DNA of 64,000 nt from Octopus sinensis (Eukaryota), in assembly GCF_006345805.1 (NCBI RefSeq), contig NC_043003.1:74400001-74464000 (forward strand). The letters run 5' to 3'. The notes below the pieces were generated by a model that was given only the letters and a program-made list of their open reading frames with translations, made no database searches and had not been told where the DNA came from. Both the position numbers and the translations under genes were made by a program. Positions 25,898-38,570 of the stretch are shown piece by piece. Numbering within the stretch: position 1 is the first letter of the stretch; every line of letters begins with the position of its first letter.

Positions 25898-26056
25898 CGA
25901 CGAGCGTCTTCCAGTTCTCGTCTACCAAATCCACTCACAAGGCTTTGGTCGACCCGAGGCTATAGTAGAAGGTACTTGCCCAAGATGCCACGCATTGGTA
26001 CTTAACACGGAACCGTGTGGATGATAAGCAAGCAACTTACCACACAACCACTCCTG
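25545..26056 (-). mobile_element. Octopus SINE family A, full length, with expanded internal (TA)n
   Basis: The reverse complement begins caggagtggttgtgtggtaag and ends ...gactgaaacaagtaaaagagtaaagag. Confidence 0.92.
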
Positions 26057-26728
26057 AAGAATAAAAGTTCATACTGTTACCATAACACTACTGTATACAT
26101 TGTAACTATGGTATGCGACGAACCACCATGTTACGTTGGGTTTTGAAGAACTTAAAAGTGCATAAAACATCTCCAGAATCACTGAAAACAACGTGAAGAC
26201 TATTCTCGCTTCATACTAGTCCATCAACATCATGGGTAGGCCAAGGATGAAAGACACTGAAGATTTTTGAAACCATAATCCCCGAAAAACGTTATCGATA
26301 TTATAACGCCATAATCACAAAACATTAGAAATTTAAATTTTCTTTGACAAGACGAAAGATGCTTAGATATCTTACATACACTGTCATTATTAACGAGCAA
26401 AAGCTATATAGTCAACGGCCGAGCGCTATCTAATTATCACACTCACGGATAGGTAATTTTTGGGAACATCCATGAAAAATATCCTAATTCCACCTACGAA
26501 TCTCTACATGGATCTCTTAATACAGAAAACAAACAAGTTTATTTTCTGTAACACGTTACCCCCTCTTAAATTCTGTCTCCTGTTTGTACTTTGTGTAAGT
26601 TTGATCTATTAATATATGAATATTTATACTTAAATTTATACTTAAATATTTATGAATACTTAAATATTCATTATCTGAAATGCCTAGCCTTTGCTTTATT
26701 TCTATTTACATATATACTAACACATGTA

Positions 26729-27672
26729 CGAGGTAGTGCTAAAGTGTTCCCGCACTAGTTATTTAAAAAAAACCCAACTTATTAACCTAAGTTTTAACAT
26801 CATCTTTTTCGAAATAGTCTTCTTGCGCAACAGTACACAGATCCCAGAATTTCTACCACTTTTGGAGTCCGGCCTGGGAGTCCTTTGCCGTAATCGAGTC
26901 GAGGACCTACGATTTGCTCTTCATCTTGACAACAATGTTAAAACAGCGCGAATTTCAGCTGCATTTTCATTTTGGAGAAGATATAAATATCCAGTTTTGT
27001 GGATGAAAAAGATGGAATCTGCCGAATAGGGCAGGTGTGGAAGCGATGTTTTGCCGTTTTATGTGAGAAGTCACGACTGGGAAGAGTTCTGTGTGAAGTT
27101 GCATTTTCCTCGTGAAGGATCCACTTCTTCGCGTTCCAAACATCCGGTCGCTTTCGCTGAAAGTCCCCACTCAAACGCTTCAAAACATCATTGATTGTTT
27201 TCCGATGATCCTCATGCAGAAGGTAATGAATTTCACCCACATTTCGGGGTGTGACAACCGTAGAAGTTCTTCCAGTTCGCTCATCTTCTTCCAGAGAGAT
27301 TCCCCGATTTTAAAGCGCCCGTTCCACTAAAAATATTGTGTATGATTCATTGCCCTGACGCTGTAAGCTTGTCGAAGTATATGCAATGTCTCTGTAGCAA
27401 TCTCCTTATGCTTAACGCAACGTTTCACTTAGTCTTTTTGTTCTAATTCCCTGCCCATGATAATTATCACAAACTACAGCATAGATGTGATCACAAAAAC
27501 ACAAATTTCAAAATTTGCGATGTCACTCAGCAAACAACCTCATAAACACAGCGTTGTCATTCAGCACATTATTCATGGAGGTCACCTCTAGTTCTCACTG
27601 CACAGGCAATCGTGTGCTGTCATCTGTTGGCGCGCTACAAAACTAGTCCATGAACATTTTGATATCACCTCG
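26729..27672 (-). mobile_element. Internally deleted mariner (DD34D-type) transposon with TIRs
   Basis: TA|CGAGGTAGTGCTAAAGTGTTCCCGCACTAGT ... ACTAGTCCATGAACATTTTGATATCACCTCG. Transposase remnants RKRPDVWNAKKWILHEENATSH (resembles LHHDNAP.H), PYSAD (resembles PYSPD), FSKMKMQLK and QKW*KFWDLC..AQEDYFEKD. Confidence 0.9.
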
Positions 27673-28442
27673 CATATATATGTGTGTGTGTGATTATGTA
27701 TGTGTGTGCATGTTGTATATCAAACCCAAACTGTTTAATTTGTTTATCTGCATAATTGCCTCTATATCTCCTCACCTGGATTACTTTTATATTCCAACTT
27801 TACTCCATGGAATTGGTCCCTCTTAAAGGTATTGGAGTTTATGTGCGAGTCATTTGAGTGAAGAGTGACTTTAGTTGGGAAGTAAACTTCTTATCACACT
27901 GCCACAGAGCTGTAATGTTCCATATAATTCCATATGTCTAGCATTCTTTTCGGCATTCAGTTTTGAAATTATATTCCACTCCAATCCTCTTGATTTTTTT
28001 TCCACTTAGCATTTTACAGACAGGGTCGTGATAACAACTGAATCTGCGTTGCTGTGCTACAGAACACCTACTATACGTTGAACTTTCAGCAGGTTTCCAG
28101 TCACATTCACAAAATTTGAGATTAGAACTGAGATGTAATAAAGTTATGTGCGGATGATAACTACAAGGTTACAATACTACTGGTTTTTCTCCCTTTTCGC
28201 GACCAAATAACTCTATGATGGTAGAAACCATTGCTAATGAGACACTTCACTTCTTCAAGCAGATTTTACTTCGCGGACACTAATTTATTTTCTTGAGACC
28301 TTATTATTATACAAGCTGTCGACAAGTAATAGCAACCGGTATCTTATCTCAGAATGCAATAGAGAAAATATCTAACACGAAAAAATATCTGAAACAACGA
28401 AATATCAAGACGTCCACAAATATAGAGAAAGCACAAAAGTTT

Positions 28443-28617
28443 TCAGATCGTTTTTTCTTCGTGACAGGAGGAAAATGCGAAAATAATATCATTGCTGTTA
28501 ATGCAGGTCAAGCAGTTGGCCACCTTCGCCAAAAGAACGTCTGCCATCTCTGTTCTTGCATTTAATACGCTGGAGGCAATCTCTATAATGCTCAGAGGAG
28601 GAGGATGTTGAGTAAGA
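28443..28617 (-). CDS. Candidate terminal coding exon of an unidentified gene (weak)
   Basis: Strong pyrimidine-rich acceptor ccatttctttcatttctctgtctgtag|. Two open frames: SYSTSSSSEHYRDCLQRIKCKNRDGRRSFGEGGQLLDLH* and LTQHPPPLSIIEIASSVLNARTEMADVLLAKVANCLTC...*. The sequence is unique and GC-richer than its flanks. No homology recognised. Confidence 0.25.
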
Positions 28618-28825
28618 CTACAGACAGAGAAATGAAAGAAATGGAGGAGGTGAATCAAATCAAACGAGAAAGTTAGTTTGTGTTGAAGCTTGATACATTT
28701 CTATCAAGATTCTCTTTGGCACTTGCCCATATTAAATGATAAAATTATATCTTAATCTGACGAAAAATTCGTAGTGCGCCGAGCACATTTATGGATTACA
28801 CACACATACACACACACATACACAC

Positions 28826-28912
<87 letters not shown>

Positions 28913-28930
28913 TACACTGGAGTGTGTGTA

Positions 28931-28962
<32 letters not shown>

Positions 28963-28966
28963 CATA

Positions 28967-29199
28967 CACTAGTGTGTCCATATTTCCATACACATATATA
29001 AAATGTACGCAAATATATGTGTGCACGTCACAGGAGGTAATAGGAAGAGAGTCATAGTGTGGCTGAGATGAGTCAGTGTAGTGTTTGCAAGTGTGGGGAG
29101 ATTGATTGTTATTTTAAAATCTCATTAAGATTAATTAGTGCAGTGCAGAATCTCAGTGTAAGTTTGATATAGAGATATAAAAATAGTTGGACAAAGATA
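28967..29199 (+). repeat. ~230 bp direct repeat, copy 1 (copy 2 at 31137-31369)
   Basis: cactagtgtgtccatattt...tgagtcagtgtagtgtttgcaagtgtggggagattgattg...gttggacaaagataa is nearly identical in both copies. Confidence 0.9.
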
Positions 29200-29531
29200 A
29201 GGATTCAGAGAGAGAGAGAGAGAAAGAGGTGGACAGAGAGGAAGAAGGCGGGAGATATGGAGAAGGAGAGAGAGGCACAGGGGAAGAGAGACAGAGGGGA
29301 GTATAAAAAATGGAAAATAAACGAGCACCAATTGAAAACGCCACAACATCAACAACAAAACTATGAAGCAATACTATGTGACGAATAAAATAAAAAGAAA
29401 AAAGAAACATATTTCAGCAATCTGAATTTGATTATTGGCAAATATCCATGTGCAACTGAATAAGTTGTCTTTATATGAAAGTAGCTAATTAAATCGTTTG
29501 ATTATCATCATAATAATCTGTTTCTTAAAAA

Positions 29532-29572
29532 TGATAATGATGATGATGATGATGATGATGATGATAATAATA

Positions 29573-29635
<63 letters not shown>

Positions 29636-29771
29636 TAATAATAATAATAATAATAATAAAAATAATGATAATTATGAACATAATAACGATAATAATAATA
29701 ATAGTAATAGTAATGATGACGTCGACGACGACGACGACGACGACGATGATGATGATGATGATGATGATAAC

Positions 29772-29810
<39 letters not shown>

Positions 29811-29812
29811 AA
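29532..29812. repeat. Compound (GAT)n/(AAT)n/(GAC)n trinucleotide microsatellite
   Basis: Direct reading. Confidence 0.95.
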
Positions 29813-30368
29813 CTTTGATATTCTATGCAAGTTTACGACTTTTCGAATACATTGTTTTGAATTTTCTTTCATCTTTTATACATAATTAATGCTATCCAGT
29901 TCCAGAAGATACTTGAATTCGTTGCAATTAGTTTCTTAAATTTTTTTATTTCAGTAAGATTATTACATTAAAATGAGTCTCTTCCCTCCATATCTAAAGT
30001 TACACGTTATATTACGGCAACTTATATCGTCTCTGCTCTAACAATTGAATTGATCCCTTTTACACATGTTAGAAATATCGTTAATTCTGTCGAAAGGGAT
30101 TGACGATTAATAGAACGTAAGTTTCATACTCGTATGTGTTACTTGTTGACCTTTGGAAGTATCATACAAACACTAAAACCGTTGATGACGTTTATAATTA
30201 TGTACAACTTTCTAAGTGACTTTGCAAATCTGTCAGTGAGGCACTCTTTCGTAGACTTTTGCAGGTTTACCCGGGTGATAAACAAATTAGTCCGTCGTGA
30301 AATGAAGGCTTTCGTTATTATTTCTGACCAATTATCAAAAGCCATTAGAATATTGTATGTACCCCTTC

Positions 30369-30468
<100 letters not shown>

Positions 30469-30551
30469 TAACAATATTGGATGAAGTCCCTTTCTCTACA
30501 TCAAAAAGCGTGGCAGTATATTAAAAAAACCTTTACGGTTGAAGTATAAAC

Positions 30552-31052
30552 ATCTTATAATTAAGGGCTAAAGAAGGTTATTCTAAAGCCAATACACTGA
30601 TTTATCTACTTATAATCCACATGTTACAGGAAAATTGAACTGAAAGCCGGCAACTAACCTTGTTAGTAGTATACTCACTGCTTGTTACAAGGGGACCGGT
30701 AACCATTACAATATGTAGCGGCGATAGGTCAACACGTTGTTCTGAGACTGACCAAGGAATTTTTATATTTAGATATAAATGATGTACTTAAATGTAGTTG
30801 TGTTTTTAGCTTCTGCTTTTTCCATGATCACATGTGAGTATTTTATTTATATTCCCTCGTAAGCTCTACTGAAGAAGAATGTATCCTTTACGGGGATTGA
30901 TTCCGAAATTGATTCAATATAGAGATAACGAAATTTAAATTTTCTAAAGGTTAGTTGCCCGCTTTCAGTTCAATTTTCCTGTAACAAGTGGATTATAAGT
31001 GGATAAATCAGTGTATTGGCTTTAGAATAACCTTCTTTAGCCCTTAATTATA

Positions 31053-31056
<4 letters not shown>
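30552..31056. mobile_element. ~500 bp element with ~110 bp terminal inverted repeats (foldback/MITE-like)
   Basis: atcttataattaagggctaaagaaggttattctaaagccaatacactgatttatc...caactaacct (30552-30660) is the reverse complement of 30948-31056. Confidence 0.85.
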
Positions 31057-31108
<52 letters not shown>

Positions 31109-31136
31109 TATATATATATAGATAGATAGATATATT

Positions 31137-31369
31137 CACTAGTGTGTCCATATTTCTATACACATAGATAAAATGTACGCAAATATGTGAGTGCACGTCA
31201 CAGAAAGTAATAGGAAGAGAGGCGTAGTGCAGCTGTGATGAGTCAGTGTAGTGTTTGCAAGTGTGGGGAGATTGATTGTAATTTTTAAATCTCATTAAGA
31301 TTAATTACTGCAGTGCAGAATCTTAGTGTAAGTTTGATATAGAGATATAAAAATAGTTGGACAAAGATA
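31137..31369 (+). repeat. ~230 bp direct repeat, copy 2
   Basis: Matches 28967-29199. Confidence 0.9.
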
Positions 31370-31589
31370 AAAATTGTAATTTGTTCTCACAATTCTAGAT
31401 AAAAACATATTTGAAAAATTATTAACATGAAAGATTCAGGCATGTGACTGTTGGGCACTTCTCTGCCATTTCCCCCTTCATTGAATCATATAACAAAACT
31501 ATGTTGGTAATTCCCAAAAACCATCCAATTATGTATACTTCCATGTATAAAACATTATTTATCATGGTTCTCACTTTATGCATACACAC

Positions 31590-31679
<90 letters not shown>

Positions 31680-32043
31680 TTATTTGGTCCCAAACCACCA
31701 TCGTTTCTGTTAATTCTGGAACTCAACAATTTGCCAGTTCCAATAACTCTGAAGGAAATCATCCGTAGATATAGAAGATTGATTCTTGATTTTTCTAATT
31801 TTCTTAGTTCCATCATAGTTGTTACGAACCATCTTCCATTTACCACAGATGTGATCGGACTTCAAAAATTCCTTTGAAAACATTGCTACACCTCAGTATT
31901 TGTTGTTAACATTTCTATTGTGCTTACGCGAAAATTAAGGAAAGTTATGATTTGATTTAAAATGTAATTTAATCTCAAAATGAGCTACTTTGTGTAACAC
32001 ATAATCTTGTGGGATTTGCACAGAATCTATGTAAAACACTTAC

Positions 32044-32133
32044 GAGTATCCTGTTTCAAAAATATCCTGCACTTCATTCAGGGAATATATTTGATTATAT
32101 TCTACGTTGCCCCTTTTCCAGATTTCAGTCTTG
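32044..32133 (-). CDS. Candidate 90-nt internal exon (weak)
   Basis: tttcag| acceptor and |GTAAGT donor; phase 2-2 open frame KTEIWKRGNVEYNQIYSLNEVQDIFETGY. No homology recognised. Confidence 0.25.
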
Positions 32134-33409
32134 CTGAAATATCGTCAAAGTACATTTTAGGGTACCTAATCTGCCGTAGATATAATTCAAGGAATTTAAT
32201 GAATCTGATAAATATGTGAATGGTTTTCCACGTGTGTTATAATGTGGGTACAGCGAAGTAAAAGTAAATAGATTTGTAAGACAAAAGCAAAAACAAAAAA
32301 AGAAATATAGTTACATATAAAGTGCTTCATTTTAATGAAAATATTTGAAGATTACACAACAAGCATTAAGTTTGCGGATGAGGACTACCACTAGATACTG
32401 TCTGAGAATCTGAAACTACATACTGCATTGACTGATACAGCAGTGCTTCATGTTCAAACTTTACATCAAAACCTGAAGAACCAAGTTCACAAAATTTCGG
32501 TCGTCTCAGTTATTTGTATCATCATCGTTGTCGTCGACCTTCTCCGCCTCCTCCTCCTTCTTTCGTCGTCGTCGTCATCAATATACAATATTGTCACATA
32601 TTTTGTATGGGTCTGTTTTAAAGCTTTCTTTTACATTTTTCGTGCCTCTAAGTGGATGAATAAAGCATAATCGATAAACATTGTTAATTAGATTTAAATG
32701 CAGAACTTAGTTAGCGAAATAAATTAATGTTCAGGGAATATGGAAGATTTTTTTCTACTTGATAATTTTTTTCTTCTGTGGGGCGCGACACAATATAAAA
32801 TGGCTAATTAAAAATTTATGGCAGTTTACAAAAATAAGAGGAAAATAAAACATTGAACTTAGGAAAATACAGAGAAGTAACTGCTATAGGGTGTATACAT
32901 GTACACTCGCGCGCACACTCACATACAAGCTCACACACACAAACACATATATGATTAAATAACAAAAATATACGTACGTATATATATGTGTGTGTGTGTG
33001 TGTGCCTGTGTGTGCCTGTGTGTGCGTGTATACAGACATATAACATGAGTGAGACGCACGTATATACTGACACATGCATATACATACATCCAGACGCACA
33101 GTCATACACACACACACACACTAAAACACACACATATAATATCAGGTATCCAATTATTTTAATTAGTAATACACGGAATTAGTGTATGGGAAATATTAAG
33201 CAAATTATTTTGTCTTCGGATTTGTTTTCAATATCACAAATTATTTCATGTAAAGCATATATACTCAATTGTTTCCTGTCACGACATTGTATATTTTTCA
33301 ATCCACTGTTGACCGCATATTCTCGAATAAATGCAAATGAAAATCACTATCGGTGAACAAATATGATAAAAAATATTGATGATCAGGATGATAATAATAT
33401 TAATAATTC

Positions 33410-33802
33410 TTTCTAATTTTATCCTAAAACAAGAAACTCAGAGAGGTGGAGGAAGTGGATTACGTTGGCCTCAATACGTGACTTGTACTTTATTTTATCG
33501 ACCCCGACAAATTGAAAGGCTCTTAATCTTCTGATTTGGACTGTCGCAAGAAAAGTCGTGAAACACTGTTAAACAAACTAACGAATCCGCCACGTCGCCG
33601 AGCTAAAATATGTTATCATTTATACTACATCTACTAATAGTAATAACGTTTTCTATATTGATTTCTACTTGTGGTACAAGGCCAGCAATTTCTGGGGAGA
33701 AGATTAGTCGATTACATCGACGCAGTGTTCAACTATCATTTACTTTATCGAACCTGAAATGATGAAAGTCAAAGTTGACTTCGGCGGATCTGAAATGAGA
33801 AG
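33410..33802 (-). mobile_element. Two adjacent decayed SINE family B copies (about 33410-33600 and 33645-33802)
   Basis: ttatcgacccc, gattagtcgattacatcgac, gatgaaagtcaaagttgacttcggcgga and ccgccacgtcgcc motifs. Confidence 0.7.
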
Positions 33803-35724
33803 GAAAATGATTGTTTCATTTAAAATATAAAGTTTTCTAATTAATCACTCAGCATTCATAAAAATCCTTGAGAGTTGTGCAAGACGATAGAATGTGAGTT
33901 TCCATATAAAACATGTAAACAGAAGTATGATAGATTTTTAACAAGGAATAGTTCCGAGCGACTTGAATGCCCAAGGAAACTAAGAGCACCTTGGCCACGA
34001 GTGCACATAAATTTTCCCAGCTATTCTCCTTCAATCTGTAGGTGAATAGCTAAAGTAGAACCGATCACATGGACAATGTCACAGCAGTCTCAGACCTTTC
34101 AACAATTTTGCTGCCTAGCAAAACTTTTCAACTCTCGTTTCCATTTCGAGTAAAGAGCAAAGAATTCCTGAGGGCACAGCCAAATTAGAATGTGACTGCG
34201 TCATCGCCCTCAGTCTGCTCCTCTATACAGCTTTTTAAAAAAATATCACCAGATTGCATGTACTTCTTATGCAAAGGTTGTGACGAGCATGATCATCACA
34301 GTGGACTCCGCTGCTAACCAGATCCATCTTATAGTGACTGCAGGTATACGACATAACTCAGAAGTGCTTGAGTGCATGCACACGCTTTCATGGCACTCAC
34401 GGCTGATGGCCCTTTTCTAGCTGCAGAAACATCCACAGACGACAATGTTCCTCGGTGGTACATTCGTCCAGGGTTTCCAGTATTATTCCATAAGCACTAA
34501 CCCGAACTTCAACTGAAACAGATGAGTAAGTTCGTGTTTGTCAACGCCTAACATGTCTCTGTAAACAGCAATTTCACCCATTCACATTCGTAGAATATAT
34601 GGAGATGTCACAACTTCAACAATACGCTATACCTCATACGCCACAGCATTTTCTGTTATGAATTTAGCGAGAGTTGGCTGCAAGTGAAGCTCCTGGTTAA
34701 TGCAACCTCAGAATTGAAGCAATACTCAGGCAATGGACGGGCTCATGCAGAACAGATTCGTCGCTCTGCGTTCAGATTGGACAATACTTCTGAGTCTGAA
34801 GAATTTTATCTGTAACTGAAAATGTAACCTAGTAGCACTGGCAGAGCAGAGGTTGCTGGAAATTACCCATTGGCACCGGCCCAAATGTCCTGAAAAGAAG
34901 TCCAGATTCAGCGACTGAATTTTATTTGACAACTACAGACACTTTGCAATCTCCGTCGTTCTTGCCACTCAAATGCTCCGGTTTCTACAGTGATGGGATA
35001 GAAATTAGAATGGAATATACAAAGAAAACCTGATGCTTCAACGAAGGATACGAACTTGGAAATTATGGATAATATTTTATGGGTCATATGTAAAACAATT
35101 AATGAGAGAACTGCTGACTAAGAAATGCTGTCTGAACATAAGTTCTGCAAAACATGAATGGGCAGATGGTCTTAGGGGACATTCCAATTTAGAAAATAAG
35201 ATAGACATTCATCCTTATTGTTCTCTGATTGTCTTAAGAGTTTTTGAACTTGTGGGGGATAAGAAATATGCAGACACAAAGATAGGTTAAAGGATATGCT
35301 TGATCTGTGAACTTTCCTATGTATCTACTAATTTTTGTATGTTTCTTTTATAATTTCTTTCCATTATACAGTTGTCTTTTTAGAGCAGTTGAACTATTTC
35401 TTGTTTACGAACTAATGGTATTTGCTTTTATTTTAAATGTGATATATTAATGAAGTGACTGTAATAGAATCAACGTGAGGTATATATCTTGTGGAATATA
35501 TTTTGATTTGACAGACAGATTGCGTATATATGTATTTTTTTGTGTGTGTATGTATGTGTTTGTGCGTGTGTGCGTGAATATACGTGTGTATAGATATGTA
35601 AACATTTAACTCTAGAGGCTTTATTTCTGTTTTGGAATGATATACGTCAAATCACAAATTAATGACACTTCATTTTCCTCACTAATAATTCCAACGGATA
35701 AAGAATACGATATTTTAGTAGTAA

Positions 35725-36502
35725 CTAGCAGTATAGCCCGGCGTTGTTCGGGATTAAATTAGGATTATTAAGTGATGAAGCGCTTTATTTCAAACCAATA
35801 TAAGTGACACCGACATTAAATTTGAGCGAGATCCGTTGAAATCGGTAAACGTTTGACGGAAAATCGGTTGCAGGCAATTTGATTGGGAAATCACGTAAGG
35901 AATCGTTTATCGATTATTTCCACTCATCGATTGTTCTTTTTTCCTGAGAACTCAAAGCATTCAAAGATCCCATGATTCCTAAGTAATGCTGGCATCAAGT
36001 CTGAGCAAAATATGTCAAAATTGGTAAAAGTTAGGGTTGAAAATGGGGTGTAGCCAATTTTAGTGGGAAATCTTATTAGGAACTGATTTATCAATTTTTA
36101 TCCTGATTGAATGGAAAACCCCAAATGGATGCCTGCCACCGATTGTGTTTGGCCTTAGGATTTGTTGATGGACATGGCAAAGCATGGTCTCACCGGGAAG
36201 TTAAACCCCGAGGGATAAAGCTGCATCCTTGAAATGAAAACCTTTTCACCCCTCCCGAACCCTGTAACAATGGTGGCCTCAATCAAGTGGGGCGTCAGGG
36301 ACTTGATTACGAAGCGGGTCTCGTGTCACTGTTTAAGCGGAAGCAATTTCCTGAATTGCATAATTGGGAATCCAACCCTTAGCCTAAGTATGTGAGGTAG
36401 AAGCCCTGCTGCCTTCAATGAGCTGAGAAACTCGATAGGGTAATTGACAATGTATTGGGGGTCAGAGGTCCTGTCAATCGATTTGTAGATGCGCTCCTCA
36501 CT
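35725..36502 (-). mobile_element. Helitron 3' fragment: PIF1-like helicase remnant, subterminal repeats, 3' hairpin and CTAG end
   Basis: 36110-36502 on the minus strand reads YKSIDR...VNYPIEFLSSL..GLLPHILRLRVGFPIM...TRFVIKSL..LIEATIVTG..GEKVFISR...FPVRPCFAMSINKS*GQT (helicase motifs). Terminus cccgaacaacgccgggctatactgCTAG|t with CTAG at 35725-35728. Confidence 0.9.
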
Positions 36503-36610
36503 CGGAACCTGGCCGAGTGCTTAGTTTAATATTCTGATTTCTGATTCTACCGAGGTTGACTTTCCCTTTCAACCATTCTGGGTCGATAACGTAAGTACTA
36601 CTTGAATATT
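36503..36610 (+). mobile_element. SINE family B fragment abutting the Helitron helicase remnant
   Basis: ccgaggttgactttccctttcaaccattctgggtcgataacgtaagtac. Confidence 0.65.
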
Positions 36611-37540
36611 TGTATCGATATAATTGATTTAAACTCTCAAAATTCGAAAACAAAATTACTTCAGAATATGCTTAGTCGCGTGCCAATGATGTTACCGCTA
36701 CTACTGAAATGAAGTTTGGCCATAATCAATATATATTCTCCACCCCAAAATTTATTTTAGCATTACTAATAAAGAGGTACTCGACTTGAATTTGGTCGGA
36801 CACATGTCTTTCGCGTGTATAATTGTGCTAGTATATGAACAGTACGTCTTAAGTATATTTCTAGACAGATTCCGACTTCCGCAGTAGTCAAACCTACAGA
36901 GTAAATCTACCACGGGCGTTTTCACAAAATACAAGAACATTGTTTTATGAAATAAAATCAAGCCCAGTTATTTGAAAGTGCTTACAACCAAAGTTGCGTC
37001 ACCATATGTTATATATTATATTCATGTTTCGAAGTAATTCTAATTTTTCTAGGATTTTTTCTCTTTCTTTTCACTTGTTTCAGTATGCATTTTCTGCATG
37101 TTAACTAGAGTTTTCCATACTCGTTCACATAAAATTTGAGTGTGCACACTGTGTGGCATTCATCCACTCCTCAGTAATATGACAAAATAAAATTTGAAAT
37201 AGGGAGCGAAGTTTTTTAAAATGACATGCTATTGTTACACTCAACTTAACATCGAAAGACTTATATATACCAATATAATTGCCGTTTTTCATTATATACA
37301 GAGGAAAGTGTTTCTATAATATTTCAGTCATTTTTCGTTAAAAAAAATATGTAGTAAAGATATTCCACACCCCAATTGTCTTTTTCTCCATCAACAAAAA
37401 CAACAACAACACACACACACATAAATTGGACAATTTTACTGTATAAGTATGAGGGAAAAAAGTAAAATAATTTATTACCGGTGGTTCCCACACTTAATAA
37501 AAATCATAAGACAAACTATTTTTATACATAAGAATTTATT

Positions 37541-37826
37541 AAGATTTATACACGGAGAGAAGACCCTTGACAGGATCTCTTACATAACTAATAAGGGCAG
37601 TTAAACCCAAAAGCACGAAAAAATAAAAGGAATTCTTAAAGCACATCCACTCCACGAAAAAGAGGAATTCTTAAGGCACGCTGCCTAGTGACTATTAGCA
37701 GCGTACACTAGATTCCCTATTTGCAGCGTGCCTTAAGAATTACGTTTTTCTGTGATTTGGGTTCAACTGCCATCTTTATCATGAAAGAAGTCCCGTCAAG
37801 TGTCTTCTCTCCTTGTATAAATCTTC
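37541..37826. repeat. Diverged ~285 bp foldback with a perfect 19-bp inner stem
   Basis: aattcttaaggcacgctgc (37667) pairs with gcagcgtgccttaagaatt (to 37741); outer arms aagatttataca.ggagagaagac.cttgac are mirrored at about 37790-37826. Confidence 0.8.
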
Positions 37827-38466
37827 ATGTCTGTATATATATATATGTATATATCGTAATAGATATGTATATATAAGTATATGCATTTACATAAACATAT
37901 ATCCATATTCATGTCTTTGTGTATGTGCCTATTTGTCTCTGAGAGAGTGTTTGCATGTATTTCTGTGTGTGCACGTTGATATAAATGCCGAAATTTTCTT
38001 CACAGACATTTTATCTAAACAATGAAAAGACTATGCAATAAATTTAATTTTCCTGACTAGACGACTAGTTTTACCAGTTACTTCACATTAGTTGTAAATA
38101 TATTACAGACGAAATACAAGCGTACACAATATTTCAAACAAAACACAGTTACATATAATTGAAACTAATAGATATTTGTCTACGTTAAACTTCTTTCTAT
38201 GTCTTTTGTAATCGTTATTATTTTCTACTTAGCTCTCCCATTTACTATCTTTCCCGTATACACTCTGCTGCGTAATTTGTGTAATCACTATATTTCTAGA
38301 TTGCTTGCAATATAACGGACTCATAAACTTTAAAATGAATATGAAATCTGACTGGGAAAATTTTCAAGATCTTTAGGAAATTCGATTTTATGTGTGGATG
38401 GATCCTCTGTACTTATATAGACACGACCGTATACATATCTTTATTTAGGACCTAACAATATTCCGC

Positions 38467-38505
<39 letters not shown>

Positions 38506-38528
38506 GCATGCATATAATACATGCATAC

Positions 38529-38544
<16 letters not shown>

Positions 38545-38570
<26 letters not shown>

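Noticed and set aside
29954-30116. Plus-strand segment with a strong acceptor and GTAAGT donor
   Set aside because: Stops in all frames; a non-coding exon cannot be supported without transcript data.
33850-35120. GC-richer segment with faint RT-like (EGDDAVTF) or Tc1-like (RSPD) peptides
   Set aside because: Too decayed to assign a family or strand with confidence.
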